From the NCBI GenBank assembly GCA_963693365.1, contig CAVNZM010000005.1:10251228-10315227 (forward strand): DNA of 64,000 nt, in the 5' to 3' direction. The notes under the pieces are model-generated. The model did no database searches. It was not told where the DNA came from and saw only the letters and a program-made list of their open reading frames with translations. This DNA is from Amoebidium appalachense. Lineage: Eukaryota; Protista; Ichthyosporea. A program made the translations under genes and the position numbers. Positions 11,223 to 22,895 of the stretch are shown one piece after another. The first letter of the stretch is position 1. Every line of letters begins with the position of its first letter.

Positions 11223-13791
11223 GGGGGGGGGGTGTCGGGGGAACGACGATGGCAGGAGGGGGGCCAGAGTACACCAGACAAACATCATCTTCAGTGTCAA
11301 CTGTGGGGGGTGGGGTGGTCGAGGTAGCAGTGGTGTCGGGGGTCGGAAGGGTTGATGGAATGTCGGACGGGAGATAAGCTGATTCGTCGAAAATCACATC
11401 ACGGAAGAGGCCGACACGATGGGTGGTGGCATTGAAGATCCGGTGGCAGTGTGATTGAAGATCATAGCCGATATACATGCCGAGTTTGACGGTGGGGGCC
11501 AGCTTGTTCCGTTTAGAGGCTGGCACGTGAGTGTAGGCAGGGCAACCGAACACTTTGAGCTCGGAGATGTCGGGCTTGACACCGTAGAAAACCTCGAATG
11601 GTGTACGACCATTGGCAGTCGTGGACGGGGTGACGTTGATGATGTAGGCGGCATGTTGGAGGGCCTCAGCCCACAGTTTGGGAGACAGAGACTGATCTTG
11701 GACTTGATGGAGGAGGCAACGGACAATCTCTTGGAGGAACCGCATACGTCGTTCAACATAGCCGTTCAGTTGAGGGCAGTCCACCGGAGCATAGCTGGCC
11801 TTGATGCCCTGGGAGAGGCAAAAAGCACGGGTATCCTTGGAGGTGAACTCAGAGCCGGAGTCGAAGTGGTAAACACCAACTTTGGAGGGGGCATGGGTGG
11901 CAACGAGGTTGGTGTGAGCTGTGAGAATATCCAGGGTGGTGGTACGGTCGGCCATCGGGTAGATCTTGACGAGGCCAGAGGCACGGCAGACAGTGACGAG
12001 AGCAACCTTGGAACCTCCGTACGATGTTGTGGTAGGCTCAAAAAAATCCCAATGCCATTCATGACCGGGGATGTTGGAGTGAGGACGGTCACCCCTGAAC
12101 GGAGCCTTGGTGGTCTTACCCATAATGCAGCCATGACAATCAGGAACATCACAGGCGAGGACAGAGGAGGGGAGACCAATAACAAGGTCGTGTTTCACCA
12201 TGTCCTTGATGCTGGTCATAGCTCGGTGCCCCAGACGATGGTGCCAGATGGATGGGTTAACACTGGTAGTGGCAGCCAGAGCCACAGGACGAGTGGGTGG
12301 TTGAATGGTGTAGTCCTTGAAGTAATACAGACCGTTGTGTAGACGGAGGTTGACGAGATGACGGCCGGTGAGTCGGTCGAAGAGGAATGACGGAGTGGAG
12401 GCATCGTTCAAATCACCCTTGATGTATTCGGCAGCAGCTTGGGATGTTGAAATGAGGAAGGCTTGGCCAGACGGGGTGTAGTAGGCTTCAATGGTTAGGG
12501 TGGTAGTGCCATGGTCGGTGGTGGTGTTGATGACGATATGGCCGGTGTGAGTGGCCAAGACGGGGGTGCCATTGAAGGCAGCAACGGGAGTCGGTGTCGG
12601 AAGGGGAGTGAGGTCATGGAAGAACTCACGGGTGGGGCAAACAGTCATGTTGCACCCGGAATCCCAGGCAGGGTCGGAGGACACGGGGACGGAGCTAGCA
12701 TTGTATGCCGAGAAAGCAAAGGAGACAGATTTCTCACTGCCTTGACGGGAACGGTTGTGTCTGGACATACGGCATTTCGGCTCAGGGCAATCGATGATCG
12801 TGTGATCAGGCTCGTGGCAGTAGGAGCATTCTTTCACGGACGGGGTGTTAGAACGAGCCGGGGAATCAGAACGACGGGAACCCGAGAAACGGGAACGACT
12901 GGGGGAACGAGACGTGGACCGGAAGGCAGGCCGGTGGGGGGAACGGGATCGGGGGTGCTGACGGGAGAGACGAGTTCGGAGGTCCGTGCCAGAGGTACGG
13001 TCAAGTCGGGTGCGTAAGTCACGGCGAGGAAGATCACGGGGGGGAGCACTGGCATTTAATGCCATGCTGGACTTGGAGGCACGGTGGGCACGGTTGTTCC
13101 GGAGTTGCATCTTGAGGTCTTGACGTAACTCGATGCCCTTGACGTGGTTATGGAGGGACTCGAAGTCGGGGAATAGCTTATCACCGAAGTGATAGTCTTC
13201 GATAAGACGATTGAACTCAGGGGTGAGGTCGTCTCTGGTGGTGAGTTCATTGAAGAACTTCTCAGCTAGACGAGTGAAGTGAATGGACTCATCTTGGAGA
13301 GACTGGAGCTGGTTCACGATGGTCTGCAGACGGCTCAGGTAGGTGGTGAATGATTCACCGGGCTGAAGGGCACAGGCATCCCACTGACGGTGAAGGATGC
13401 GGATCTGATCGGGTTTGCCTTGGAGATAGTGTTGACGGAATTTCCACATGGCCCGTTCAGGGTCCATGCCAATACGGTACTGGGCAACGGTGGTGAGGAC
13501 GGAAGGGTCGATGTTCTGTATCATATGGAGCAGGAGGCAATTGCGGGCCTCTTTGAGTTCCGCGGTAGTGCCGTAGCCATAGAAGGGGGGTTCACCGTCA
13601 ACCGCGACGGTGGTAGGGGGGACGTAGTTGTCAGCAAGGACAACATCCACGAGTCGGACACCTTTAGTGCCGGTCATCATGCCGAGAAAAATGATTTCCC
13701 ATTGAAAATAGGTAGTTTTGCTATCGGGACCAGTCTTCCCTTCACCTTTCCACATGGTGATTTTGTTTACGCCAGTTTTGTTTGGATCCAT
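11223..13791 (-). CDS. gag-pol: Copia gag-protease-integrase
   Basis: CCHC knuckle CSYCHEPDHTIIDC; protease WDSG; WHHRLGH and CHGCIMGK; integrase D-D-E (WDFFEP, FDSGSEF, NGYVER); LKVFGCPAY SH3-like region. Confidence 0.95.
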
Positions 13792-13840
13792 GATTGAAAA
13801 ACGAGCGCGAGTTCTAGATGTGTGTAGGGAGCGTACAAAA

Positions 13841-13853
13841 GGGCTGCATAACC
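13841..13853 (-). other. Primer-binding site, internal (half) tRNA-iMet type
   Basis: Minus strand GGTTATGCAGCCC directly after the 5' LTR; complementary to the CATAACC anticodon arm of initiator tRNA, as in copia and Ty5. Confidence 0.75.
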
Positions 13854-14778
13854 TGTTAAATGTTATAAGTATTTAGGATGTAAGCAGAGACACAGTGGTG
13901 CAGTGTGAAAACACCACAGACACACACAACAACAAAACACGGAACGATCGGAGCAGTGTACACAACAGACATCAATGTTTAGACACGACTGAACTGAATT
14001 TATTCTGATCTTCGAATAAATACCTGAAATTCCTCTAAGTCCAATCCATACATGATTTCCGACCAGTCGGAAATCAGATCCATCTCTAATAGAAACCAAT
14101 CACTAAGAACCAATTGCTTTCAGAGAGATCCGGTACGCGGAGGCGTACACGATAGGACACAGACACTAGTTAGGATCAACTCGTGTCATCATCAAGGAAG
14201 TTCTAACCTATGACATACTGCAAAGACTCAGACATATCACACTTAACCTTGATGATTGGTTAAAGCCCGGCAACACATGAAAACTAAAGTGAATTAATGA
14301 AGTCTAAACACACATGCTATTCTAAGTGTAGCCTAAGTGTGTTACCGTCCAATGAACACGTATTAAGTAACACAAATCTACCTAACATATATTAGTAGAA
14401 AAGAAATACGATTATACACATGAAGACAAGGAGAGAAAGAAAAGAAAATAAGGAAGGAGAAAGAGGAAGGAAAAGAGAGCACAGATCAACAAACAAGATA
14501 GTAATAGCATAACTATAACCAGAGATATTTATGTACACACGAACATGTACACGTCTCTCCCTGAGTGGGTGGATCCGTGTACACACATATAAATATTCTA
14601 ATCGATATTACAATACACGATTAAAGCCGATACAACACGATTACAAGTATACAAGCATATCGGAGATCGATGCTACACTTTACATAATAGGAGTGTGGCA
14701 TTTACACTAAGCATATGAACTGAAACATAACATAAACTGAGAAGATCTTACCATATGTAAATACTACGTATTACAACA
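13854..14778 (-). repeat. 5' LTR of the copia element
   Basis: Direct repeat of 8040-8964. Confidence 0.97.
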
Positions 14779-14967
14779 CAGTTGGGATGGTGGTTCTGAA
14801 TAGGCCCAGGCGCGGCAGCCTGAGAGTACTATGGGGTGGCAAGACATTGAACAGGCTGGATCAAAAAATCTTGCCTTGTGTTTCGAGCCATCCGATTGGT
14901 AGAAAGTGTAGCAATTCGGCAGTACCTCAGCAATTCATGTACGTTTCATATGCGCAGCAGATGAAAG

Positions 14968-15969
14968 ATGTTTCACGGATCACTTCGGGCGCAGGCAGCC
15001 GGGCGGCCCATGACGTCACGGGCCGCGGCGCCAGGCGCAGCCGCAGCGGCGGCTGACATCGGTCTGGCGCAGCGCCTGACGTCAGGCGCCACCAGCGCCG
15101 GTATTTCCGGCGCAGCACACTGCAGATGCAGGCCACCTTCGTTTTCGCCGTGTGCTGCACGTACGGTTTTTGTTAGCACGATTGCGTTTTCGGTGGCTAG
15201 CACACGGCGGCTCAAGTCCCCTGCAGGCCAGCCCGGCCCCCCTTCCCAGCAAGATCTTCTCCTGCGCGCCTTCCCCCACCTCGTCAACCTTGGCGGGGGC
15301 GGAACCGGTAGGAACCCCCCTGTCACGGGGCCCCCTGCCGCTGCGGCGGGGGCCGTGGATGCTGTAGAGCAACCCCCCGGCAACGCCAACAAGCGCCCCC
15401 GTGAGGAGGACCCTCAGGGCGGCGACATGCACCAGCTGCCTCCGCCGCCCAATGCCCTGCAACTGGCCGTTTGGGGGGCCAGCCAGCGCAGCCAGTCGAA
15501 CCCACCCTGCCCCCACCTGTCCCCGGAGGTCCGGGGGGCTGCCATCTTCGAGCCTATGCAGCATTTCGCTTTACTCGACCTGCTGCCGCCCACGGGCTCT
15601 TCTGTCCACACGCAGCGCCAGCCGGTTTCCCTGCCTGGCCTGCCTGCTGGCACGGTTGTGCTGCAGACGCCTGGCACCCAGCGCCAGCCCGCCCTGTGCC
15701 CGGACCTGCAGACCTACCTGCGCTGCATCTTGCAGCTGCTACGCCTACGCATCAACGCCGACGCCCCCGTCACGGCCCTGCTGGCCCACGCCGAGTTTGT
15801 GGCCACTGAGTTGGCACCCGAGTACCAGTGGGCTGCCATCATGCGCTGGGAGGATGCACACCGCCGGTCGTGCGCTGCCTCTGGCCGCCCACTCGACGCA
15901 CCCGACGCTGTGCAGCTGGCCGTGTCCCTGTCTGGTGCCCGCCTGCACCACTGGCAGGCACCCACCGCT
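14968..15969 (+). CDS. Ngaro ORF1 (gag-like), interrupted by the TRIM
   Basis: Long GC-rich ORF with LLAHAEFVATELAPEYQWAAIMRWEDAHRR, similar to DIRS/Ngaro gag. The last 39 codons of the listed ORF are read-through into the TRIM LTR. Confidence 0.75.
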
Positions 15970-17105
15970 TGTTGGAGTGCAGACTTACGCTCACTCCACA
16001 ATATGTGTATGTTAGCTTTACAATTGGTTCCGTGTACACAGACACACACTGACACTCGATCACCACATGCACATCTGCATAGTTGAGGAATGTTGCCAAT
16101 TGTGTTTTGACTGCAAACGATTGGTTCACTGGTCCCAGAGATCTCTAAATAAAAGTAACCAATCCGATTAGCGCCTGGCATCCGGATTACATTCCAGACT
16201 GCTGCCCCACGGGTATATAAACCACGTCTCTGCCAGGTGCAGACATGGAGTTCAGTCATGGAGTTCAGTCATGGAGTTCAGTCATGGAGTTCAGTCATGG
16301 AGTTAACACACTGAAAGCAGTAAAAAACGGGTCAGCGCCCAAGCGCGCCACGACGACCCTAGTCACAGCGGACTCTACTTTCAACAGGGTTATGGGCCCA
16401 GACACGACACCGCGGCCTCTAACTTCACGTCCCCTACGACGCCTTGAACGGAGGAGCCAGAACCCGACTTCTAGGCTGTACCCTACACCCGCGAGCGTAT
16501 TTCCGTGAAGTAGAGACTTTCGCTTCCACAAACTCCATCCGCAGCAGCCTGCGACATCAACGTCAAGTATTCCACTTCATTGGCGGGGCAAGCACCACAG
16601 TGGAATGCACACCCCGGTCTACCCTGCAAGTAGCCACACTCACTCTCTCTTCTCTAGTGGTGTGTACACTTCTCCAATTGGGTAGGGGTGTTGGAGTGCA
16701 GACTTACGCTCACTCCACAATATGTGTATGTTAGCTTTACAATTGGTTCCGTGTACACAGACACACACTGACACTCGATCACCACATGCACATCTGCATA
16801 GTTGAGGAATGTTGCCAATTGTGTTTTGACTGCAAACGATTGGTTCACTGGTCCCAGAGATCTCTAAATAAAAGTAACCAATCCGATTAGCGCCTGGCAT
16901 CCGGATTACATTCCAGACTGCTGCCCCACGGGTATATAAACCACGTCTCTGCCAGGTGCAGACATGGAGTTCAGTCATGGAGTTCAGTCATGGAGTTCAG
17001 TCATGGAGTTCAGTCATGGAGTTAACACACTGAAAGCAGTAAAAAACGGGTCAGCGCCCAAGCGCGCCACGACGACCCTAGTCACAGCGGACTCTACTTC
17101 CAACA
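15970..17105 (+). mobile_element. TRIM (miniature non-autonomous LTR retrotransposon, copia-type priming)
   Basis: 417-bp LTRs 15970-16386 and 16689-17105 (TGTTG...CAACA). TSD CCGCT at 15965-15969 and 17106-17110. PBS GGGTTATGGGCCCAG 16387-16401; PPT GGGTAGGGG 16680-16688; 302-bp non-coding interior. Confidence 0.97.
16244..16304 (+). repeat. 13-bp tandem repeat CATGGAGTTCAGT x4.7 in the TRIM LTR (second copy 16963-17023)
   Basis: Direct reading; begins about 30 bp after TATATAAA (16214-16221; 16933-16940). Confidence 0.95.
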
Positions 17106-17110
17106 CCGCT

Positions 17111-18363
17111 CCCCGCACACCCCGGCAGCCTGCCTCTGGGGGGGCCATCCGCACGGTGATGCAAACAGTAGCTCGGCTCGGCCAGGGCTGCTTCCTCGGG
17201 GCATACGACGTGAAGGGTGCCTTTCGTCACGGCCCGGTGCACCCAGACGACCAGCCACTGCTGTCGTTCCAGCTGCTAGGCGCGTTCTATGTGGAGACCC
17301 GCCTACCGTTTGGCTTGCGGTCCAGCCCAGCGTTCTGGGAACGCATAGCTCAGGCCCTGCAGCACTTCGCCCACGCCCTCAACGCCACAGAGACACAGCA
17401 TTTTGTGGACGACTTCTTTTTCGGCGGCCGTACGCTGCAAGAGTGCGCCTTCAACATGCTGGTGTTTCGGTGGGTGTGCTCGAAGGTGGGTGTTACGCTT
17501 GCCGACGACAAAGTGCAGCTGCCCTCACACACGCTCATCTACTCTGGGCTCGAGTGGGACACTCTGCGCATGGAGGCCCGCTTACCTGCCGTCAAGCTGA
17601 CCGAGCTCCGGGCCCTGCTAGCCGATTGGCGGGGTCGCACCAAGGCCACTGTTCGAGACCTACGGTCCCTGTGCGGCAAGCTCATGTGGTGTGCTCAGGT
17701 TGTGGCGCTGGGGCGTGCCCGTGCCTTTCTTCAACGCTTGCTTCATCTGCTGGCGGAGGCTGAGAGGGCCGGCCTAGGGCCCCACCACCACATCCGTGTC
17801 TGCGCCGACGCACGAGCCGACGTTGTGCTGTGGTCGGAGTTCCTCCCCGAGTGGAACGGCATACGTGTGCTTACCCCCCCGTGCATCACATGTTCACCAC
17901 AGATGCGGCCGGCAGCATAGGATGCGGTGGCTACTGGGGTCAAGCGTGGTTTCACCTAGCATGGACGGACCATTGGCGCACGGTCATTGCTGGCGGAGAT
18001 GTGTGGGCTTCCGTGCTGTTTGAGCTGGCTGGCATTGCCGTGGCCCTGGCCTGTTGGGGTCCCAGCTGTCGCAACAGCCACATACGCGTGCTCACCGATA
18101 ACGACGGTGCAGTATCTACGATCGCGTCCCGTCACTCCCCCGTCCCTGCCATTGCCCGGGTGCTGCGTCTCATCACGCTGATGGAAATGCGCTACACGGT
18201 GCTGGTCTCGGCCAAGCACATCCCTGGCGTGGAAAACTCGATTGCGGATGCCATCTCGCGAGCACAGTGGGCCACTTTCGACCGGCTGCACCCGTGGCAC
18301 GCACCAGTCCCAACACCCGTGCCTGAGTGGCTAGCGGGGTGGTTTGCTGCCCCTCTCTCGTGA
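17111..18363 (+). pseudogene. Ngaro reverse transcriptase-RNase H, N-terminally deleted, frameshift at the C7 run 17874-17880
   Basis: RT motifs AYDVKGAFRHGPVHPDD, LPFGLRSSP, HFVDDF, SLCGKLMW. RNase H motifs TTDAAG, ELAGIAVAL, TDN, HIPGVENSIADAISR. Confidence 0.9.
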
Positions 18364-18656
18364 TGGGGCTGGGCCGAGCCCCCTCCCCTGTTCCTTTGCC
18401 TTCGTATTGGGCTTGGCGTGTGGGCTGTGGGGGGCGCCGACACCCCCCCTTCCCCCCTTCCCACTTTGTATATCGCACGAGTCATGTTCTGCAGTGGCGG
18501 CCGGGGCCGGCCCCCCCCCCCACTACACGAACTCGCTCGGATTCCCTCACTCACCCGGTGGAGTGTTTGGGACAATACATTACGGTCTTACGGTGTACAC
18601 ACGGTGTGCCTCTTTGTTCTGTGCTGGCCCGCAGTGCCAACTGCTTGTGGCGTGTC

Positions 18657-18691
<35 letters not shown>

Positions 18692-19066
18692 TTCCCTCCC
18701 CCCAACCCCCCCAACCCCACCCTGCCACCCCTCCACCCGCCCCTTCGATCGTGCATGCTTAACCTCGGTGTTACACACACATGCTCATACACACCCACAC
18801 ACTAGCGCACACACACGCACGCCTACTAGTAGTACACCGCGGCTTGTGCGCGCATACCCCCCCCCCTCCCCTTCCCCCGCCCTCCCTGCCAGCGCTGCAT
18901 GCATCCTCTGCCCTTTAGCTACGCCCCCCCCCCCCCCCCCTCCCCCCCCTTGTTTGCCTGCCTGTGCACCCGCTTGCCTGCCGCCCACCCCGCTCGTTGC
19001 CTTTACCCCCCCCCCCCCCCCCCCTGGGACTCTAGGCATGATGCTCACACAGCTCTGTCCCTGCAG

Positions 19067-20188
19067 GTGGCTTGCTCCCCTTTGGTGGCGACCATGGTAG
19101 GCTTGCCCAGTGGTTCACCCCCGAGGTTTTGGCCCGTGTCCCGGAGGTGGCCCGCACCATCACTCGGCTGTCAGTGGGCGACAGCACGGAGTCCTCCTAC
19201 TCGTCCTACCAGCGCCAGTTTATCGACTTCATCTACGCAATGGACTGCCGCAATCCTGATGGTGGCTACCTGCCAGCCTGCCCAGCCCAAGTGCAGCTGT
19301 TCCTTGCCTGGTGCGCCATGCGTGCGGTGCAAGCCCGGACCATGCCCAGCATTGTCTCCGCCGTCAACAGCCTGCACCGCAGCTTGGGCATGGCACCACC
19401 AGCGGGCTCCGGCCAGCAGAGCCTTCAGTGGTTTATCCGCGGGGCTGGCTGCTTCCTGCTGCTGGAAGGCAGCCACCGGCCCAAACGAGTGCTCGAGCCC
19501 CTCCTCCCAGCCGACCTCCGCGCCCTCCTCCCAGTCATCCAACCGGGCTCTTCATTGGAGGCCCTGCGTCTGTGGGCTGCCCTGCTGCTTGGCAGCTCGT
19601 GCCTCCTGCGCTCGGGCGAGTTCACGTCCAAATCTGCGACCAAGTTCAACCCCCTCCTTCACGCCAAGCGTCGCGACGTCCAGCTCCTATGGCAGGATGG
19701 CCGCCTGATTGGGGCAACAGTCTTCCTGCCGACATCTAAGACCGACCCCACGGGCAAGGGTGTTACCATCCGGGTGCCCGCCTTCCCAGAGGAGCCTTCC
19801 TTCTGCCCAGCAGCCAATCTAGCCCTCTTCCTGGGGGTCTCGTCAACCAGGGCAGGCATCCACCCCGATGCACCCCTGTTCAGCGTCGACGGCAGCCCTT
19901 ACCTCAAGAGCACCTTCATCGCCGGTTTCCGCACAGCTCTACACCATGCGGGCTACGACCCCGACCGGTACGCCGGCCACTGGCAGCCTGCGCATAGGGG
20001 GGGCCACTGCAGCTGAGAGAGCGGGCCTACCTGACGCCACCATCAAAGCCCTTGGCCGCTGGGCATCAGACGCATTCATGGTCTACATCCGGCTGCCCCA
20101 CCGCGACGTGCAAGCCTCCATTGCCACCGTCTGGTCACACCAGGGCCTCGCCACGGGACCTTGGGGCGGACCCCCTACATCGCAGTAG
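19067..20188 (+). pseudogene. Ngaro tyrosine recombinase, frameshifted by a 4-bp insertion
   Basis: LLRSGEF (catalytic R), SKTD, FCPA, then GH|SLRIGGAT and LGRWASDAFMVYIR (catalytic Y) in a second frame. Extra TGGC at 19981-19984. Confidence 0.92.
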
Positions 20189-22860
20189 GGGGACCTTGTG
20201 GTGCGGGGGGGTCTCATGGCATGGACCCCCCCTGGCGGCCCCCGCCTCGGCCAGCCCCTTGGGTGCAGGCACGACGGCCTGCACTCCACGGACACGGGGG
20301 GCATGAGGCAAGCACGAGTGAGTGATGTGAATGTACGTTTCATATGCGCAGCAGATGAAAGATGTTTCACGGATCACTTCGGGCGCAGGCAGCCGGGCGG
20401 CCCATGACGTCACGGGCCGCGGCGCCAGGCGCAGCCGCAGCGGCGGCTGACATCGGTCTGGCGCAGCGCCTGACGTCAGGCGCCACCAGCGCCGGTATTT
20501 CCGGCGCAGCACACTGCAGATGCAGGCCACCTTCGTTTTCGCCGTGTGCTGCACGTACGGTTTTTGTTAGCACGATTGCGTTTTCGGTGGCTAGCACACG
20601 GCGGCTCCCACCCACCCACCTCTCAGTCTGTATACATGACGGTGTACGTATGCGACTGTGACTGGCTCACAGCCCGATTGCAGCGGCAATAAAGCATGTC
20701 GAGGCGGGGCCCAGCCCCGGCTGGTGCGGGGGGGGGGCTCATGGCATGGACCCCCCCTGGCGGCCCCCGCCTCGGCCAGCCCCTTGGGTGCAGGCACGAC
20801 GGCCTGCACTCCACGGACACGGGGGGCATGAGGCAAGCACGAGTGAGTGATGTGAAAATTGAAAGGCTGTAAGCCAATCAAAAGTATGGACATGATCCAG
20901 GACATCACGTATGATTGTTGAGGCCGGCACGCTACCGTCGCTAGCTAAAAAGAGCATTTTGTCGTAGAACTTTATGCGTATATGTAATGATAGTCTTTAT
21001 ATTTTTTTATTTTTCTTATTCTGTGTGATTTTTATTTATTTTTTCCATCTGATTCATCGCTTTACACTATCACTTACCAAGGTGGGTCGTTTTGGCAGGT
21101 GGCCGAAGCCCGGCAGATGCCTTGTTTTTAGCGAGCTACTATTGGCCAATTTCGATCGAGACTATTTACTTCCTTGCCACCCCATAGTACGCACCCCATC
21201 TGTTGCAATTGGCTGGGAAGCCTCAAGGCAACCGACCAGCTAGGAGTTAGTAAGGGGGCAGTTGGTTGTTCGTACAACATGTGTTGGTCACCAGGTCCTG
21301 CGCAGCTGCATGGAGGGGCTGGAAATATCCACCCGGTGGAGGGGGGAGGGGGGTGGGGGGTGGAGGGGGGGGGGGGGGGGGTTTGTTGTGGTGCATAGTA
21401 TGCTATAAACCAAAATGATGACACTAATGGGGGGGGGGGGGGGGGGGGGGGGGGCCGGGGACCCTATAAGGAACTCCCGAGATTTGGTGACGTCACGATT
21501 GGACGCAGGCATTTTGATTGGCGGAAGAGGATTTGGCGCCAGTCCATGTTCTCAACTCGATCAAACTGTCTTCCGGCTCAGTCCACACACAAGTGCTCAT
21601 CGAGATCCCAGACATATGGTGGTATATTAGCTGCAAAAATACTTTGATCCTTCCTCCTTTTTTTGCTCTTGTATTTCGATCTCTGTTTTCTATTTTAGGC
21701 GATTTTTTTCCGAATGCACATTTTTCTTTGAGGGATCACATTCCGTGTTTTCCCATATATGGTAATGTATTGACTTCGAAAGAAAAATCCTTTGAAGAGG
21801 GCTGACCACACCCTGCCACACCAAATGCAGACGAAAAAATGTGGCATATAAGATCATGATTATAAACCAATCATTTTTGTTGAAGTATAGCCAATCAAGT
21901 CGCATTTGCCAAAATGTTTAACCAATAGTTGCTGCACCAGCAGGAAAAGCAAAGTAAATAAATGATATTTAGCCACTCGCCTTTCTTTGCCTTCGGAGCA
22001 ATCAAATATTATCCAGGTTACCTGGTTACACGGCTGTACGACGCGCGGTATAGGGCTTTGTAGTTCTGCTCTAATAGCACAGTGAAGCGCAGCGTAAGAG
22101 AAATAAATCGCGCTTTTTCACATTTTCTAACGTTTAGAAACAGAGAGAAAGAAATACTGACGGCTCTTGCGGCTGAAAGCGTCTTTATAGCCAATTTTAT
22201 GTCGCTCACTTCAGCGACGAGTCGCATACCTTTTAACCAATCGTATCGCTGTAAATGGAATGCAATAGTGCCGATAAAATTCTGGCATGTGAGAATGATA
22301 AACCAATGGAATGACCTGAATGCCAAACTATTTATCCAATCAATCCCGCATCAATGTTTATCAGCTACATTCTTGGCGCGGGGCGCATGCGCATCCCGTG
22401 GCGCAGGCATGGGCAGGCGCGAATGTGGGGCCACATGCACGTGCTGTCACCTTTCATGTACATATGTATGCACTATACTACCCTTACGGCCAATATATAT
22501 ATTTTTATACAATGAACTGGTATTATCGCGTCTTTCTTCTCAATATTTTTATACATATGGATGGGATACAACAGGTGACCACTTCTCCTACCCGAGGCCG
22601 GCCGTGCACCGTGTACACATGTGTGTAATCTGTGTGCTAGCGCTGATCATGACAGCTACATAATATAGTTATACTTTGATGATGGTGCACCTGCTATGGC
22701 GCTTCCCCCTCCCCCCCACCCTCCCCATCCGAGTCCTCCCCCACTGCCCCCCTCCCCCCCCCCCCCTCCCCCTCGGGCATTCCCCATGGCCACCCCCGTA
22801 CTTACCCCTTTCCTCGGATTCTCTCCCATCCCCCCATATTCAACCCCCCTCACCACGCCC

Positions 22861-22895
<35 letters not shown>

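Larger units (their letters stand above)
8040..14778 (-). mobile_element. Full-length Ty1/copia LTR retrotransposon, recently inserted
   Basis: 925-bp LTRs at 8040-8964 and 13854-14778 with TG...CA ends. 5-bp TSD CAGTT at 8035-8039 and 14779-14783. PBS and PPT present. Domain order gag-PR-IN-RT-RH. Confidence 0.98.
14937..20856 (+). mobile_element. Ngaro-type DIRS (tyrosine recombinase) retrotransposon with split direct repeats, defective
   Basis: Repeat A1 14937-15213 = A2 20331-20607 (277 bp). Repeat B1 20199-20330 matches B2 20722-20855. Order A1-gag-RT/RH-YR-B1-A2-B2; no methyltransferase-like domain after RH. Confidence 0.93.
14829..21187. mobile_element. Non-autonomous TIR DNA transposon (MITE, Tc1/mariner-like, ~440 bp once the nested element is removed)
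   Basis: Perfect TIRs CTATGGGGTGGCAAG 14829-14843 and CTTGCCACCCCATAG 21173-21187, each flanked by TA (14827-14828, 21188-21189). Confidence 0.75.

Noticed and set aside
9492-13797. Plus-strand ORFs antisense to copia (e.g. 11455..12342) and the duplicated small ORFs in the LTRs
   Set aside because: Shadows of GC3-biased coding sequence or LTR duplication; no domain motifs.
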